From a virus, in IMG/VR virus record IMGVR_UViG_3300037245_003639: DNA of 64,000 nucleotides, one strand, 5' to 3'. The notes under the pieces are model-generated. The model saw only the letters and a program-made list of their open reading frames with translations. It was not told the origin of the DNA and ran no database searches. Every line of letters starts with the position of its first letter. The first letter of the stretch is position 1. This document shows, one piece after another, positions 1 to 10,800 of this stretch. Made by a program: the position numbers and the translations under genes.

Positions 1-1
1 A

Positions 2-1045
2 GTGGTGACTAAAAAACGGCGCGACAAAGCTCACAAAACTTTTGAAAAAGCACAAAGAAACTTTGAAGAAGCACAAAAAAGTCTTCAGATCCGACAGGCA
101 GCTTTAGGAGATTGGTGGGATCTCTATTCTGAATTAGGGGGTAAGGGCATCTACCATGTTGGCGCCTTGCAAGTTCTGCGACAGTTTGCAAAGAGCCATC
201 CACCAGGAACCGTTAAATCACTTACTCCCAAGGGGTTGAAGTGCTTTTTAGATTGGTTCTCTGACTCATATAGGACTCATGAGACCTTCGACGGACGCGT
301 CACGACCACAACAGAGATTCTCGGTCCTTATGTCAGAGCAAACGTGGACCATTCCAAATTACTGCTACCTGAGAACCCAAAACCCGAACTTCCCAAAGAT
401 GCCGAGCAAGAAATCAGAGATTTGCGCATCAAAGTAGCAGACGGCGAGCGCAAACGTATGCTCGCGATTGCGGAATCGGTCGATCTGGCAAGAGCTGGAG
501 ACGATTTAGTCGAGGTTGAATGCGGCAAACGAGATAACACAATCAAAATTCTCGAATCACAACTCAAAGCCTCCCTGGGAACCTGGACAACCAAAAGCGG
601 GGGAACCTGGACAACCAAAAGCGGTGAAACCATTCCAATCACCGAACTGTCGCTTGGCCATTTACGCAATGCAATAACTTATCTTGAACGCAAGATTCAG
701 GTTGATAATTTGCCAAGGCAAGATTTCTTCGACAATACTCTTGATACTCTTGTCTCCACCTATGTCCGGATGAAAATAGAACTACAGCGGCGAAACGTCG
801 GCGAGATTCGCGGGCAGTCCGCCAACCCGGCAGGATCAACCGCCGGGGCAGAGATGCTCTCCGACCCCAGATCTAAGAGCGCACCTTGTCCTTGTTGTCC
901 TGGCTGTGGGAGAGAAGGACAATTGGGCTCTCCCTCATCGCGGCAACCGCTTTCGCCATGGGATTGCATCAATGATGATTGTGAACGGAAAACTTTTTCT
1001 GACGACGGAGTTTTGCCAAACAAAGAACCCGTCGATATTTGGTAG
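2..1045 (+). CDS. hypothetical protein (5' partial), internal tandem GTWTTKSG repeat, C-terminal Cys cluster
   Basis: Long ORF from the window edge; 23-bp direct repeat ggaacctggacaaccaaaagcgg x2 at 579-624 encodes the repeat; no family recognised. Confidence 0.45.
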   Translation: MVTKKRRDKAHKTFEKAQRNFEEAQKSLQIRQAALGDWWDLYSELGGKGIYHVGALQVLRQFAKSHPPGTVKSLTPKGLKCFLDWFSDSYRTHETFDGRVTTTTEILGPYVRANVDHSKLLLPENPKPELPKDAEQEIRDLRIKVADGERKRMLAIAESVDLARAGDDLVEVECGKRDNTIKILESQLKASLGTWTTKSGGTWTTKSGETIPITELSLGHLRNAITYLERKIQVDNLPRQDFFDNTLDTLVSTYVRMKIELQRRNVGEIRGQSANPAGSTAGAEMLSDPRSKSAPCPCCPGCGREGQLGSPSSRQPLSPWDCINDDCERKTFSDDGVLPNKEPVDIW

Positions 1046-1054
1046 GAGATAACC

Positions 1055-1405
1055 ATGGGTGGAATGAACGAAAAAGTCATCGAGAGTAGGGTTGAGACCA
1101 GAATGCCTGCCGGTAAAGGCAGTAAACCCATTACCATCCGTAAAACTCGTATTCATGAGAATGAAGGCGAAGTCCACTTTCATGATGATGAATCCAAGCT
1201 CAAAGTGGCCGTTCCTAGCGGTAAATTTTGGGCAGCCTGGAGTACCAACGTGGGATTGCGAGATCTGCGATTCCATGATACGAAACGTGGTACTGCCGCC
1301 GTTCTTCACTTCACTCAAGCTCCAGTTGAAGTGACCATCGACGTTCAAAAATCCAACATAGGCCAATCCTTTAAACTGCTCAATGACTTTGCTATGGGAA
1401 AATAA
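1055..1405 (+). CDS. hypothetical protein, 116 aa
   Basis: ORF with SD ggagataacc before the ATG; tightly packed with neighbours. Confidence 0.5.
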   Translation: MGGMNEKVIESRVETRMPAGKGSKPITIRKTRIHENEGEVHFHDDESKLKVAVPSGKFWAAWSTNVGLRDLRFHDTKRGTAAVLHFTQAPVEVTIDVQKSNIGQSFKLLNDFAMGK

Positions 1406-1407
1406 CA

Positions 1408-1764
1408 ATGTACAATGACTTCCGCGATACCAACCGTGACCGCTGGCGTTTCACTTATACAGGCAAAGAACTTCTGCCTCACGCCAAGAAGCGTCAAGAA
1501 GAACTACATGTCCAAGAAGATGCTCTTCGTCAGAATATCCAGAAGTTGATGGGCGACAAATCTCAATCTGTGACCGGCGAGAAAGCGAAACGGCTGGAAA
1601 TCGCAGCCGTGAAAGCTGCCACGCAAGCTGAGCAGTTTGATGTCTTTGTCTATGAGTTCGAACGGAATCCAGATAAGGAACTCCAGCTTTCTGTCAGTGA
1701 TGTTGTCTTTTTTGGTATCGTCGGGCTGCCCGCTGATAAAGATCCCAACGAGTGTGAGTGGTAG
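1408..1764 (+). CDS. hypothetical protein, 118 aa
   Basis: ORF immediately after the previous stop. Confidence 0.45.
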   Translation: MYNDFRDTNRDRWRFTYTGKELLPHAKKRQEELHVQEDALRQNIQKLMGDKSQSVTGEKAKRLEIAAVKAATQAEQFDVFVYEFERNPDKELQLSVSDVVFFGIVGLPADKDPNECEW

Positions 1765-2126
1765 GAATGGCCGAACGAATTTTTCAAGAGTGGTATTGTA
1801 CTAAATCAGGTGGGGGCTGCGGGGGATATATCGTCTGTAAAATCAACATAGCCATCAACGGTATAGTTGAGATGGTCTGTCCCAATTGTGGGCATAAGCA
1901 CCAGCGAGTGATTGAAGACGGAATAATCAAAGAGCAGGGGCGTCATAGCGGCAAACCCACTCAAGAGATTTGTCCGACAAAGGCAGCTTGGAGCAAAAAG
2001 GCTCGTCTGGTATCAATGCAGAAAAATGCTGGGACGCACAACGAAAGAGACGGAGTAGTTCCTAAATCCGACAATGACTTTTTACAAGAATCCTGGCGAG
2101 AAAAATTCGGTGGGGTATTTGGATGA
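1758..2126 (+). CDS. hypothetical zinc-ribbon protein (CPNCG...C)
   Basis: ORF overlapping the upstream stop; CxxC pair. Confidence 0.45.
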   Translation: MVGMAERIFQEWYCTKSGGGCGGYIVCKINIAINGIVEMVCPNCGHKHQRVIEDGIIKEQGRHSGKPTQEICPTKAAWSKKARLVSMQKNAGTHNERDGVVPKSDNDFLQESWREKFGGVFG

Positions 2127-2518
2127 CTCTGGCGGTAACCGACGAAATCGATATAAGGAACCCACTAATGAGCACAGCAGTCCTTGATCGCTCAGTCAGA
2201 ACATTCGAGCATGGCAAAATGACTATCGAGATTCCAGAAGAACTAACTATTCTGGAAGATGGCCAACAACCAGAACCTTTCCAAGTTTGCTGGCGTTTTT
2301 TATCACAAAAAGACGGTGACAAGCGAGTAGTCTGGAATTCCGGCTCAATCCCTGAGATCAATGCAGCCAAGTCGATGTTTCAGACTTTGGTCTCGAAGGG
2401 AATGACGCCCTATCGAGTTGGCTCCGGTGGCCGAGCAACTCCAACAGTGATGAATGAATTCGACGCGGGTGCAGAAGAAGTCATCTTTATGCCAACGAAA
2501 ATGATCGTAGCGGGTTAA
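2123..2518 (+). CDS. hypothetical protein, 131 aa
   Basis: ORF, 4-nt overlap with the upstream gene. Confidence 0.4.
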   Translation: MTLAVTDEIDIRNPLMSTAVLDRSVRTFEHGKMTIEIPEELTILEDGQQPEPFQVCWRFLSQKDGDKRVVWNSGSIPEINAAKSMFQTLVSKGMTPYRVGSGGRATPTVMNEFDAGAEEVIFMPTKMIVAG

Positions 2519-2520
2519 GC

Positions 2521-3396
2521 ATGCCCTATGTAGACGCCGAGGTTCGAGAAAATATCAAGAGAAGTGCCATGGAAAACAAACTATACTATCCTGACTATAC
2601 ATATACATCATCAGGGAATATCCGCTACAACATCGAAGATGGGTCAGGGAAGATAGTCAAGTATTATTCCGAGCCCGCGTCCACCAGCACTTATAGTGGA
2701 CTTCACGAAGCCACCTATGGACTTGATCGAGAACTTCACGAAGCCACCTATATACTTGATCGCTCATTAGCCAAGAGTTTCATGGAATCCGCCAGCACCT
2801 CTGCGACTAGTAATGTATTTGATCGTGTATATACCAACATAACTGCGACAGAGGCTTTCAATTGCTATCTCAAATCCGACGATGTTCGCTGGAAGAAGTG
2901 GAAACAGGATGGTTGGGTTACTCAGCAACCTGCCCCTGCTGACAGCATCCGAGAACTTATCAGGGCGCGACAAACTCCGTTTATCGTCACTCATCGAAGA
3001 GTCGTCCGCCCCACCGATACGCGTGAGTTCCGCGCCCGAGAAACCTTATGCCGCATGATTGGAGATAAAGCTTTCCATGATTACGTTAGAAAGGGCTTCA
3101 CCAGCGTGCGAGCGAAATCAGGCCGAGTCTATCAAATCTTCCCTGGCGATAAGATGACAGTCGTTTGGGAAGACGGTAAAGCCATCCAGAATCTCTGCGT
3201 AGACCTGCGTGGCGGCTTTGCTCCAACTGATTCGGTCATTATGCGTCTAATTCTGGTCCAGACCGATGAGGCTGACTTCTGGGCTAAGTCCAACAAATCC
3301 GCTGTTTATACTGGCGCGAACAGAACAAATCAGGCAACAATCGACTTCCGACCGTTGCCTGAAATTTTTGCGGAATTGAAAGCGAGAGCCGCCTAA
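2521..3396 (+). CDS. hypothetical protein, 291 aa
   Basis: ORF; imperfect internal repeat (GLHEATYGLDRELHEATYILDR). Confidence 0.5.
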   Translation: MPYVDAEVRENIKRSAMENKLYYPDYTYTSSGNIRYNIEDGSGKIVKYYSEPASTSTYSGLHEATYGLDRELHEATYILDRSLAKSFMESASTSATSNVFDRVYTNITATEAFNCYLKSDDVRWKKWKQDGWVTQQPAPADSIRELIRARQTPFIVTHRRVVRPTDTREFRARETLCRMIGDKAFHDYVRKGFTSVRAKSGRVYQIFPGDKMTVVWEDGKAIQNLCVDLRGGFAPTDSVIMRLILVQTDEADFWAKSNKSAVYTGANRTNQATIDFRPLPEIFAELKARAA

Positions 3397-4268
3397 GAGA
3401 GCTTGCAGATTTGTTGTCTCAGCGAAGCTGCCTTCTCATAGTCAGCGTCTTTGATAGCTTGATCTTTCTCTGCCATGAGCCGTTCCCGCTTAGCTAATAT
3501 CTTTTGTGCCGTTCCCCGGCGTGCCCTTTTCAACTTTCGAATAGGGCCTTTTTCTTCCCGAGCAGCTATAACTCGTTCAAGTTGGAAAGGTAATGGAGCC
3601 AGAGATTGTTCACTTATAGCGTGTATGAATGTATAATCTTTGGGGTGTACCCGCCCTTCATCTTCAGCCATCATGATGACCTTGAAAAACACATCTATGT
3701 TGAGACTTTGATCTGAACTTATGTCTTGAAGATATTTCTGAACAGTTTCTTCAGTAATGCCGCATTCTTTCTCCATGAGAATTGGGATAAGATCTACGTG
3801 TTTAACATCATAATGATAGAAAGCATCACTGACATCAACTAGTTCCCCACCCAAGTCATCACAACAGAACATCCAACTGTCTTGCATGCTTTCAAAGATC
3901 AGAAGGGCACGAACATTTATTTGATTATCCTTCGAATAGCGGGACTCATCCAAATGGGGTCGCTCACGGTTTGAGAAATCTAGTATCGCCACTTGCTCAA
4001 TAACAGCAGTATATTGTTTGTTATCTAATAGCGTTTGGATTTCTTCTCCGAAAATTGTTCCTTTCATCATACGGCCTAAAGCTACTGCGTTCTTTTTGAC
4101 ATTCTCGAAGATTCGCTCAGTCTCTCTTTCCTGAGTCGTTTTATGGGCCTGCTCTCTAACTTCTTCATTACGATTTTGCAGCATTGAAATAATGGAATTT
4201 TTGAGTTCGTTCAGCTCATCAACCGATAGCTTTTCGAGTTCCATTTTTTCGGTTATATCGATTATCAT
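3393..4268 (-). CDS. UVR-domain protein (C-terminal UvrB/UvrC-like motif DADYEKAASLRQQI)
   Basis: Start chosen at MIIDITEK with SD AGGAG; the ORF track extends further upstream without a good RBS; UVR motif seen by eye. Confidence 0.5.
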   Translation of the reverse strand: MIIDITEKMELEKLSVDELNELKNSIISMLQNRNEEVREQAHKTTQERETERIFENVKKNAVALGRMMKGTIFGEEIQTLLDNKQYTAVIEQVAILDFSNRERPHLDESRYSKDNQINVRALLIFESMQDSWMFCCDDLGGELVDVSDAFYHYDVKHVDLIPILMEKECGITEETVQKYLQDISSDQSLNIDVFFKVIMMAEDEGRVHPKDYTFIHAISEQSLAPLPFQLERVIAAREEKGPIRKLKRARRGTAQKILAKRERLMAEKDQAIKDADYEKAASLRQQICKLS

Positions 4269-4344
4269 TGAGTTCTCCTCTGTTTGCATTATACAGAACA
4301 TTTGATAACAAATGCGCTGGACAGGTGTCTTTTTGAAATCTTCC

Positions 4345-4373
4345 TTGACAATCTCTCTCCAATGCAGTAATTT
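4345..4373 (+). promoter_or_regulatory. sigma70-type promoter TTGACA-N17-TAATTT for the GroES-like gene
   Basis: Hexamers read directly; divergent from the UVR gene. Confidence 0.5.
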
Positions 4374-4407
4374 ACAACTTATGAAAGCAGAGCAAAAAGA
4401 GACCTCC

Positions 4408-4698
4408 ATGGACACCGTAGAGCCCATTGGGCTCCGAGTGTTGGTACGCAAAGACGACGACCGCACGATGAGTAAAGGCGGCATCGTTTTGCCAGGGACA
4501 GTAGAGATTCCAGTCCTGACGGGTCGCATCGTTGCCATCTCAGTCCAAGTCGAGAACGACCCTGATTATCCCATCAGTCGATATGACAAAGTTCTACTCA
4601 ATCCATCAGGTTGCGTCCCCGTGGATTTAGAAGATGGTAATCGACTCTTCATAATCCCTGTGGATGATATAGTCGCTGTCATAAGAAAGGGCTCGTAG
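4408..4698 (+). CDS. groES: GroES/Cpn10-like co-chaperonin (phage gp31-type)
   Basis: About 96 aa; IGLRVLVRK...GGIVLPG...GRIVAISV...DKVLL aligns by eye with the GroES pattern (RVLVK..GGIVLP..GEVVAVG). Confidence 0.65.
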   Translation: MDTVEPIGLRVLVRKDDDRTMSKGGIVLPGTVEIPVLTGRIVAISVQVENDPDYPISRYDKVLLNPSGCVPVDLEDGNRLFIIPVDDIVAVIRKGS

Positions 4699-5147
4699 TG
4701 ATATCGATTACTATACCCTGGTTGAGCTTGGGCTCGCTGTGCGTTGCGGGGTTTGCTGTTGTGATGGCAATTCGCTCGACTAAACTGCATCGTCGGAGAA
4801 AAGCAGCATTGGTCGATGATTGGGACGAGGGCCAGCTAACTCCCACAGACGAACAAAAACACGAAGACCGAGAGATTCTGGGCGATGATTGGATTCTTCT
4901 CTACCACCAACTCCAAGCAGTCACGGGGGACGTAATTCGATATGAGATTTTATACCGCTTCTGCTACAAAATTGTAGAGAAGCCAGCGTATGCCGGCGGC
5001 ACATATGAATCGCCTCAAGGTACATACAAGCTTTCTGCTCTTAGTCTAAGAGGAGTACAGCACATTCTCTCGTTGTTCACATCTAGGCGAGGTCAGGTTG
5101 AAGCCATTCTGGCTAAATTCGCAAAAATAGAAAGACCATCATGTTAG
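4698..5147 (+). CDS. membrane protein (N-terminal TM), paralog of the next gene
   Basis: GTG start overlapping the upstream stop; hydrophobic N-terminus; shared GDDWILLYHQLQ / GEWLPFYQQLQ block. Confidence 0.45.
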   Translation: MISITIPWLSLGSLCVAGFAVVMAIRSTKLHRRRKAALVDDWDEGQLTPTDEQKHEDREILGDDWILLYHQLQAVTGDVIRYEILYRFCYKIVEKPAYAGGTYESPQGTYKLSALSLRGVQHILSLFTSRRGQVEAILAKFAKIERPSC

Positions 5148-5668
5148 CAGAAAGCTTTGCTATCAACCTTACTACCCAACATCTCGTCATCGCAGGCAGT
5201 TGCGTCGGTGCTATTCTGTTGCTTGGCATCACCGCCTGCATTTTCAGATATAAAGTAGTTCGACGACGCATAGCTTCTGCCGAGCAGGTACGAAGAGAAG
5301 AGCGGGATTGGGCGGCTAAGAGACACAGAGAGCAAGTGACCAAAGACGAAATGGAATTGGAGTTAGGAGAATGGTTACCTTTCTACCAACAACTTCAATA
5401 TGTGGAGGGCGTTTCACTGCGTCTGGCGTTCCTAAAGAAAGTCATGGGTAATCCGTCATGTCATACTCGCCGTGGTATACAGCACCTCGACCCAGCAACA
5501 GCCGAAGAATTGCCTAAGCTGACCATGGCAGGCATGGGTCATTTACTCAAACTGTTTCATCACGGATGGTCTGATAGTGGAAGACAACAGGCACAGCGAG
5601 ATGCTGAGGAACTTTTGACGCTTTACGTGGATTTTGATTTTCCTAAGTTTGAAGGAAGTTCCAGATGA
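5141..5668 (+). CDS. membrane protein, paralog of 4698-5147
   Basis: Same architecture as the preceding gene. Confidence 0.45.
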   Translation: MLAESFAINLTTQHLVIAGSCVGAILLLGITACIFRYKVVRRRIASAEQVRREERDWAAKRHREQVTKDEMELELGEWLPFYQQLQYVEGVSLRLAFLKKVMGNPSCHTRRGIQHLDPATAEELPKLTMAGMGHLLKLFHHGWSDSGRQQAQRDAEELLTLYVDFDFPKFEGSSR

Positions 5669-6651
5669 AAGCGAATATCGGGGTGGTCCTGACTGATGAT
5701 GGCAAGGGATTTCGTGCTCTCGCTATTGTGGACGATGTATTCCATCGCTTTGACAATACCACGTCAGACCCAGGAGTCACAGGGCCTGTTACTGGCGTTA
5801 TCTCAGATACCAACTGCTTTCACCGTTCTTTCAGACTGCCACCTATTGAAGCAAGTAAAATTCCTGGCATCATGAGGTTTGAAGCTCACCTACAAATCCC
5901 GTTCGATATGGAAGATGTTGGCTGGGATTATATTGTTGGAAACGATGAAAACGAACCAGACTGGTGTGCTGTGCTCTTTGCGGCTCGGCTCAATCTCATT
6001 GAGCGTCTGTTAGATGATTATCGGCTTGCGGGCATCGAAACAGATTGCATCATCCCTACCAACATTGCACTCTGGAATCTGGTTAAGCATACGGGCATCG
6101 AAGATTCCGTTATGCTCATTTACCCGCAGAGCGCCCCGCAGTTTGCGGGACGCTACAATCACTCGGTAACCGTGGCTGTCTATACAGACTCATATGTCTG
6201 GTGCCGCAATATTCCAATCAACCCGTTTGTTTTGGTTGATACCAGTCTTGATAGTGAGGTGCGAAATAGCGACGCCGCCGACCTCCTGGCCGAGATAAAA
6301 CGTTACATTGGATTCTATCAATCCATCAATCGTGATGAGAAAATTACTTGCGGTTTCACAGTCGGACTACCCGAAACAGTAACCCAATTCTTAGACAGTA
6401 ACCTGATATCCGAAGGCGTGCCTATCGAACCATGGCAACTCAACGAGCAACCTATAGAAGATATTGATGATGCCGTACTGGCTGGACTGGCTCTACACGA
6501 TCATAAGACCAACTTATTACCCAAGAAGAAAAAGTTCCATTTCCCCAAATTCCCATCGCTACCAGAAGCCAAAAGCCCCTTCTGGAGACCAGCAGCTATC
6601 ATCTGGTTTCTGGTGGCCATGTTTCTGACGCTGGTCAAGTTATTTACTTGA
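5665..6651 (+). CDS. hypothetical protein, 328 aa, with C-terminal TM anchor
   Basis: ATGA overlap with the upstream gene; C-terminal AAIIWFLVAMFLTLVKLF. Confidence 0.5.
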   Translation: MKANIGVVLTDDGKGFRALAIVDDVFHRFDNTTSDPGVTGPVTGVISDTNCFHRSFRLPPIEASKIPGIMRFEAHLQIPFDMEDVGWDYIVGNDENEPDWCAVLFAARLNLIERLLDDYRLAGIETDCIIPTNIALWNLVKHTGIEDSVMLIYPQSAPQFAGRYNHSVTVAVYTDSYVWCRNIPINPFVLVDTSLDSEVRNSDAADLLAEIKRYIGFYQSINRDEKITCGFTVGLPETVTQFLDSNLISEGVPIEPWQLNEQPIEDIDDAVLAGLALHDHKTNLLPKKKKFHFPKFPSLPEAKSPFWRPAAIIWFLVAMFLTLVKLFT

Positions 6652-6795
6652 CTGTCCCACCAACGTATTCCATATTTATAGTGTGAGACAAGGGTCTAAC
6701 CCAGACGGTCTTCCCCTGGCCATGCGGTTAGAGGCGGGTTCGCTTTCGGTGCTTGTAGCTCCGAACCCTTGCTTTTTGTTTATCAGGAGACAGTG

Positions 6796-7071
6796 ATGAG
6801 CGCAGGGCTGATTGCTTTGATTTCATTTGGACTGTTCGTTCTCCTGTTTCTCTTCTACGCCTTCAGCGTTCGGTCTCACTACGATAGGTTGCCTGTTTGT
6901 GGAAGATGTAAACACAAGTTGGAAAGAGAAGATATTACCAAAGAGAACGACGAGGGCAAAAAAATCAAAATTGGCTCGCGAGAGTTCTGTCCCGACTGTC
7001 GTGCAAAAGACTATAGAATGGCCGGTTGGTATTACGGCTATGTACCCAAAGGTAGCAGATTCGCCGAATGA
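6796..7071 (+). CDS. small membrane protein with zinc ribbon (CGRC...CPDC)
   Basis: Start at MSAGL with SD AGGAGA. Confidence 0.45.
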   Translation: MSAGLIALISFGLFVLLFLFYAFSVRSHYDRLPVCGRCKHKLEREDITKENDEGKKIKIGSREFCPDCRAKDYRMAGWYYGYVPKGSRFAE

Positions 7072-7080
7072 GATGCAAAC

Positions 7081-7398
7081 ATGGCCCACGAGATTGATCT
7101 CAACGACATCGCTGTCAATACAATAACCAGGGGAGGGCCAATGTCAATCGATGAAGCTGTACAGTTTAAGATAGAACAAACACTCAAACAAAAGAAACTC
7201 ATAGATGAACCAAAATCGACCGACATCGCTAAAGATGAAGCTCGGAAGATCTATGAGGTGTTCAATCACGAAATCGATGAAGTAAAAGCCGACGTTCAAA
7301 AGATGAATGAACGACAAGATCGTCTTTGGGATCAGATATTCACTGCTAAACCCGTGAATACTGGATTTTGGAGTTGGCTCGCTTTCTGGAGAAAATAA
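7081..7398 (+). CDS. hypothetical protein, 105 aa
   Basis: ORF. Confidence 0.4.
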   Translation: MAHEIDLNDIAVNTITRGGPMSIDEAVQFKIEQTLKQKKLIDEPKSTDIAKDEARKIYEVFNHEIDEVKADVQKMNERQDRLWDQIFTAKPVNTGFWSWLAFWRK

Positions 7399-7401
7399 GT
7401 C

Positions 7402-7590
7402 ATGAAATCCGAATCCCCAGACACGTTTGTTCGAGATCATGATGAAGCCATGACAACTATGCTGCGGGTGCTGCCCGATGCATTGTATAACTTCTTCGCC
7501 AAATGCAAGGACAAGGGCTTCTCTGAGGCACAGGCATTAACATTAACTACCGAGTTTTTGCGTTCTCTCTACGGGGTCAAATATAGATAG
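7402..7590 (+). CDS. hypothetical protein, 62 aa
   Basis: ORF directly after the previous stop. Confidence 0.35.
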   Translation: MKSESPDTFVRDHDEAMTTMLRVLPDALYNFFAKCKDKGFSEAQALTLTTEFLRSLYGVKYR

Positions 7591-7836
7591 GCCAAGAATA
7601 TCACGATCTTTGCACTAAGATGTCAGAATGAACGTTATTTATGATATGGAAACTCAAGATCCAGACGATCTCTTTGCTCTGGCTCTTCTGGCTTGGCATC
7701 CCAGTGACGTTACGTGCTGTAACAGTCACCCCTGGCTCCAGAGACCAAATCGGTATTGTCCAAGCCGCCCTAAAACGCCTAAACTGTCATGCTGGGATAG
7801 GCATTGGAGCTTTCAATCCCGACCATGATTCTGAAA

Positions 7837-10800
7837 TTACACCCTGGTCCTGAGTAACCAATTGCTGGCAGCAGCGGCCATATGTTGTTGAGCCCAATGC
7901 TCCATTGCGATGCGGGATCGCAATTCTTCTTGGACTTTCTCCCATTGAAGTATCTGAGCCACTTGCAGTTCTTTGCGAGTTGATTTATTCTGTCTTACCT
8001 TCTTGACATATGCTTTGTCAGCATTTTGAATGTTCTCAGAGATATGTCGTTTCTTCTGGACCAAATTGAAAATCACTTCGTCCTGAGTATTACCCATAAC
8101 CATATAATGGTTTGTCACAGGTAACTGGCTATTGACTCGGTGAGCCCGCCCTTCTACCTGGTCTGCATCTTTAGGTGTCCAAGAAATATCGTTGATGATA
8201 ACGTTCTGAGTGACGTTGGGAATATCTACTCCAGTCCCTGATGAGAGAATAGTCAAAACCAAAGCGTACATCGTTCCATTTGGAGTTTTGAACTCACGTA
8301 TAGTATGCTCTTTATGGACATCTCCTCCCATGGCCAATCCAACCTCATATGGTTCAATAAGTTCTTTAAGTTTAGTTGCAATCGCTTCTGCGGTGTCTCT
8401 GAAACAACTAAAGACGATTACCTTTTGTCCCGCAGATATAAAGCTAAACGCTTTATCTAAAGTCGCTGGGATCTTTGCGTCTGCAATGGCCATGCGTCGA
8501 GCAGTCAAACGAACAAGAGGTTCGTCTTTATCTTTGTTACTTTCCCGCATCCTGATATACCGACGTTCAGTGGCCAATTCAAGGTCACGTTGTTCCTGAG
8601 GGGTGGCTTCAGACTTTTCTACGTTGGTGGTTAGTTCGGGGATGTTTTCGTTGACTTCTTTTTTGGTTCTCTTTCTATAAACATCGGTCAAAACCAGAGA
8701 AGCTTTGAGAGCGGTAAACTTTTTCATGCGCTCAAAGACAATTTGCTTCAAACTGTTCATGTCGTTATCAATGGGTTCTTCTTCAGAAATTTGCAGAGCA
8801 ACAGCAAATTTATCATCCAAAGATAGATGGTCGAAATCAGGTCGCAGACGTTTCACAACATGACGCAAGAAGTCGCGGGTATTAGCAGGGTCCACTCGAA
8901 GATCTTCCCCCCGCATTTGGATTGTTTTGGAACCAGTATATTGGCGGAGAAAACCCGCCCGTCCCAGATAACCCAGTGGATGCCCAACTGCTAACAACTG
9001 ATTATGTAAGTCGTCAGGAGTATTTGCTGCCGTGGTTGCCGACGCGCCCCATTTGAATGGGATATTCTTGCCCGCTTGGATAACATTGCGAGAAGTAGCA
9101 GCATTAGGGTTCTTCACTAGATGACATTCATCCAGTATCATTACGTCAAAGTTGAGATTACGCATCGCTGCCAATCGTTCTTCTGCGTTAGCTCCCGCAA
9201 TTTTGGTATAGGACATGACCAGCCATTTGGTCATATCTGTCACCTGGTTCACATCTGTTGCGATGGTATCACAGAAGCCCCGCTGTTCAAACTGTTGTAA
9301 TTGACCTTCGTCAGCCCCAGTTGTAGCCAGAATACGCAAACCAAACTGCTCAACAACTGAAGCGGGCGTAAAGACCAAAACTCGACCAGTCGCCAGTTGT
9401 TGATTCCAGCGATTCTTTTCTTTAGTTCTCATGTCGGCAGCAACAATCATTTGCTCCGTCTTGCCAACACCAGGTTCATCACCCAAAATCGCGGACTGTC
9501 GAGAATATAACCAACGAACTCCCTCGGCCTGTAAAGGACGTAAACGATATGGCTCCTCATTGGGTTTATGGAATTCGTATTCCATCACTTCGTTATTGAA
9601 CTGTTCTTCATCAGGTACGTATAAACCCGTCTTCTGATCTCTCAATCTGTGACGAGCCGCACGAGTTTTGTAGTATTTGTCCAAAACTCCATTCAGAATC
9701 TCAGTAACTTGAACGTGTTTGCTGTTTCGCAACTCAGACCCAACTTTCAACACCAGGTCGTCTAAATTACTGGAGACCTGTTTTATGTTCAGAAGAGTCT
9801 GTAGATCACGGTAATTGCCATAAGTCCCTTTGAGATAGAGTCCCTTTTTCATGGCATAATGAGTGCCCGCAGGAGTAATCAACTCCTCACGTTTAGTGGC
9901 AATATCACGCCTACCTTTTGCCCGAGCCTCTTCAGCCATTGGACGAGGTTTGGCTCCCATGATTGGGAAAGCAAAGTTTACTAGATCCTCAATCACTGCT
10001 TTCAAATCTTTGCGTTGTTCTAGTCCTTCAAATGGAATGAAAATGTGGTAATCAGTATCGACTGTGGCATTCTCAAATATCAGATCAAATTGTAAACGAC
10101 GACTGGAAGCAGACTCTTCTTCCAGTTGAATTTGGTCTATAACATCAGTGTTAAATCCATCAGTCTCAAAAACGGATTTGAGCAAAGGGATATCGCTGAC
10201 TTGCAGGTTGGTCAAAACGACTTCGTTGGGGAAACGCTTATCCCGAACAACAGTTACACCTTTTGGCCCCAATTGCTCTCGTATCTTCTGTTGTATCGGA
10301 TTGCTCTCTGCTTTGAATGCTTTCGGATATTCTGGTAGATGACTGCTCCAAGCAATCCCGTAGTTGATATAATCAGGAGTAGATTCTACCACTCGGAAAC
10401 TGGTTACTCTCTGCTGCCGACTTTGAAAAGTCTGAGTTGCCTGCTCTTGTCGTTGCTGAGCCGCCTGCTCTAACTCCTGGGTTATCCTCCGAACATCCGC
10501 TTGTTGGTCCGCCATCGGATGGAAATACATAGAAAGTCCCATCAAAACATCATAAACACTGTTTGCAGATATGAGAGTAGTGCCACTATGATTTAGAACA
10601 TCCTGGGTGGCTGGGGATGTTTGCAGCTTCTGTAAGGCAGACCTAGCTCGATTATCTGTTTCTTCGGGAGTCCTTGACATAATATCTTGCAAATAGCCTT
10701 GAAGGGCTCGTGTAGAAGCGGAAGAAATATATACCTGTAAACTCGGGTCAAATGCCAACTTCATTAGGGCGTTCACAGGATTCTCCCACGTAGGGGCGAT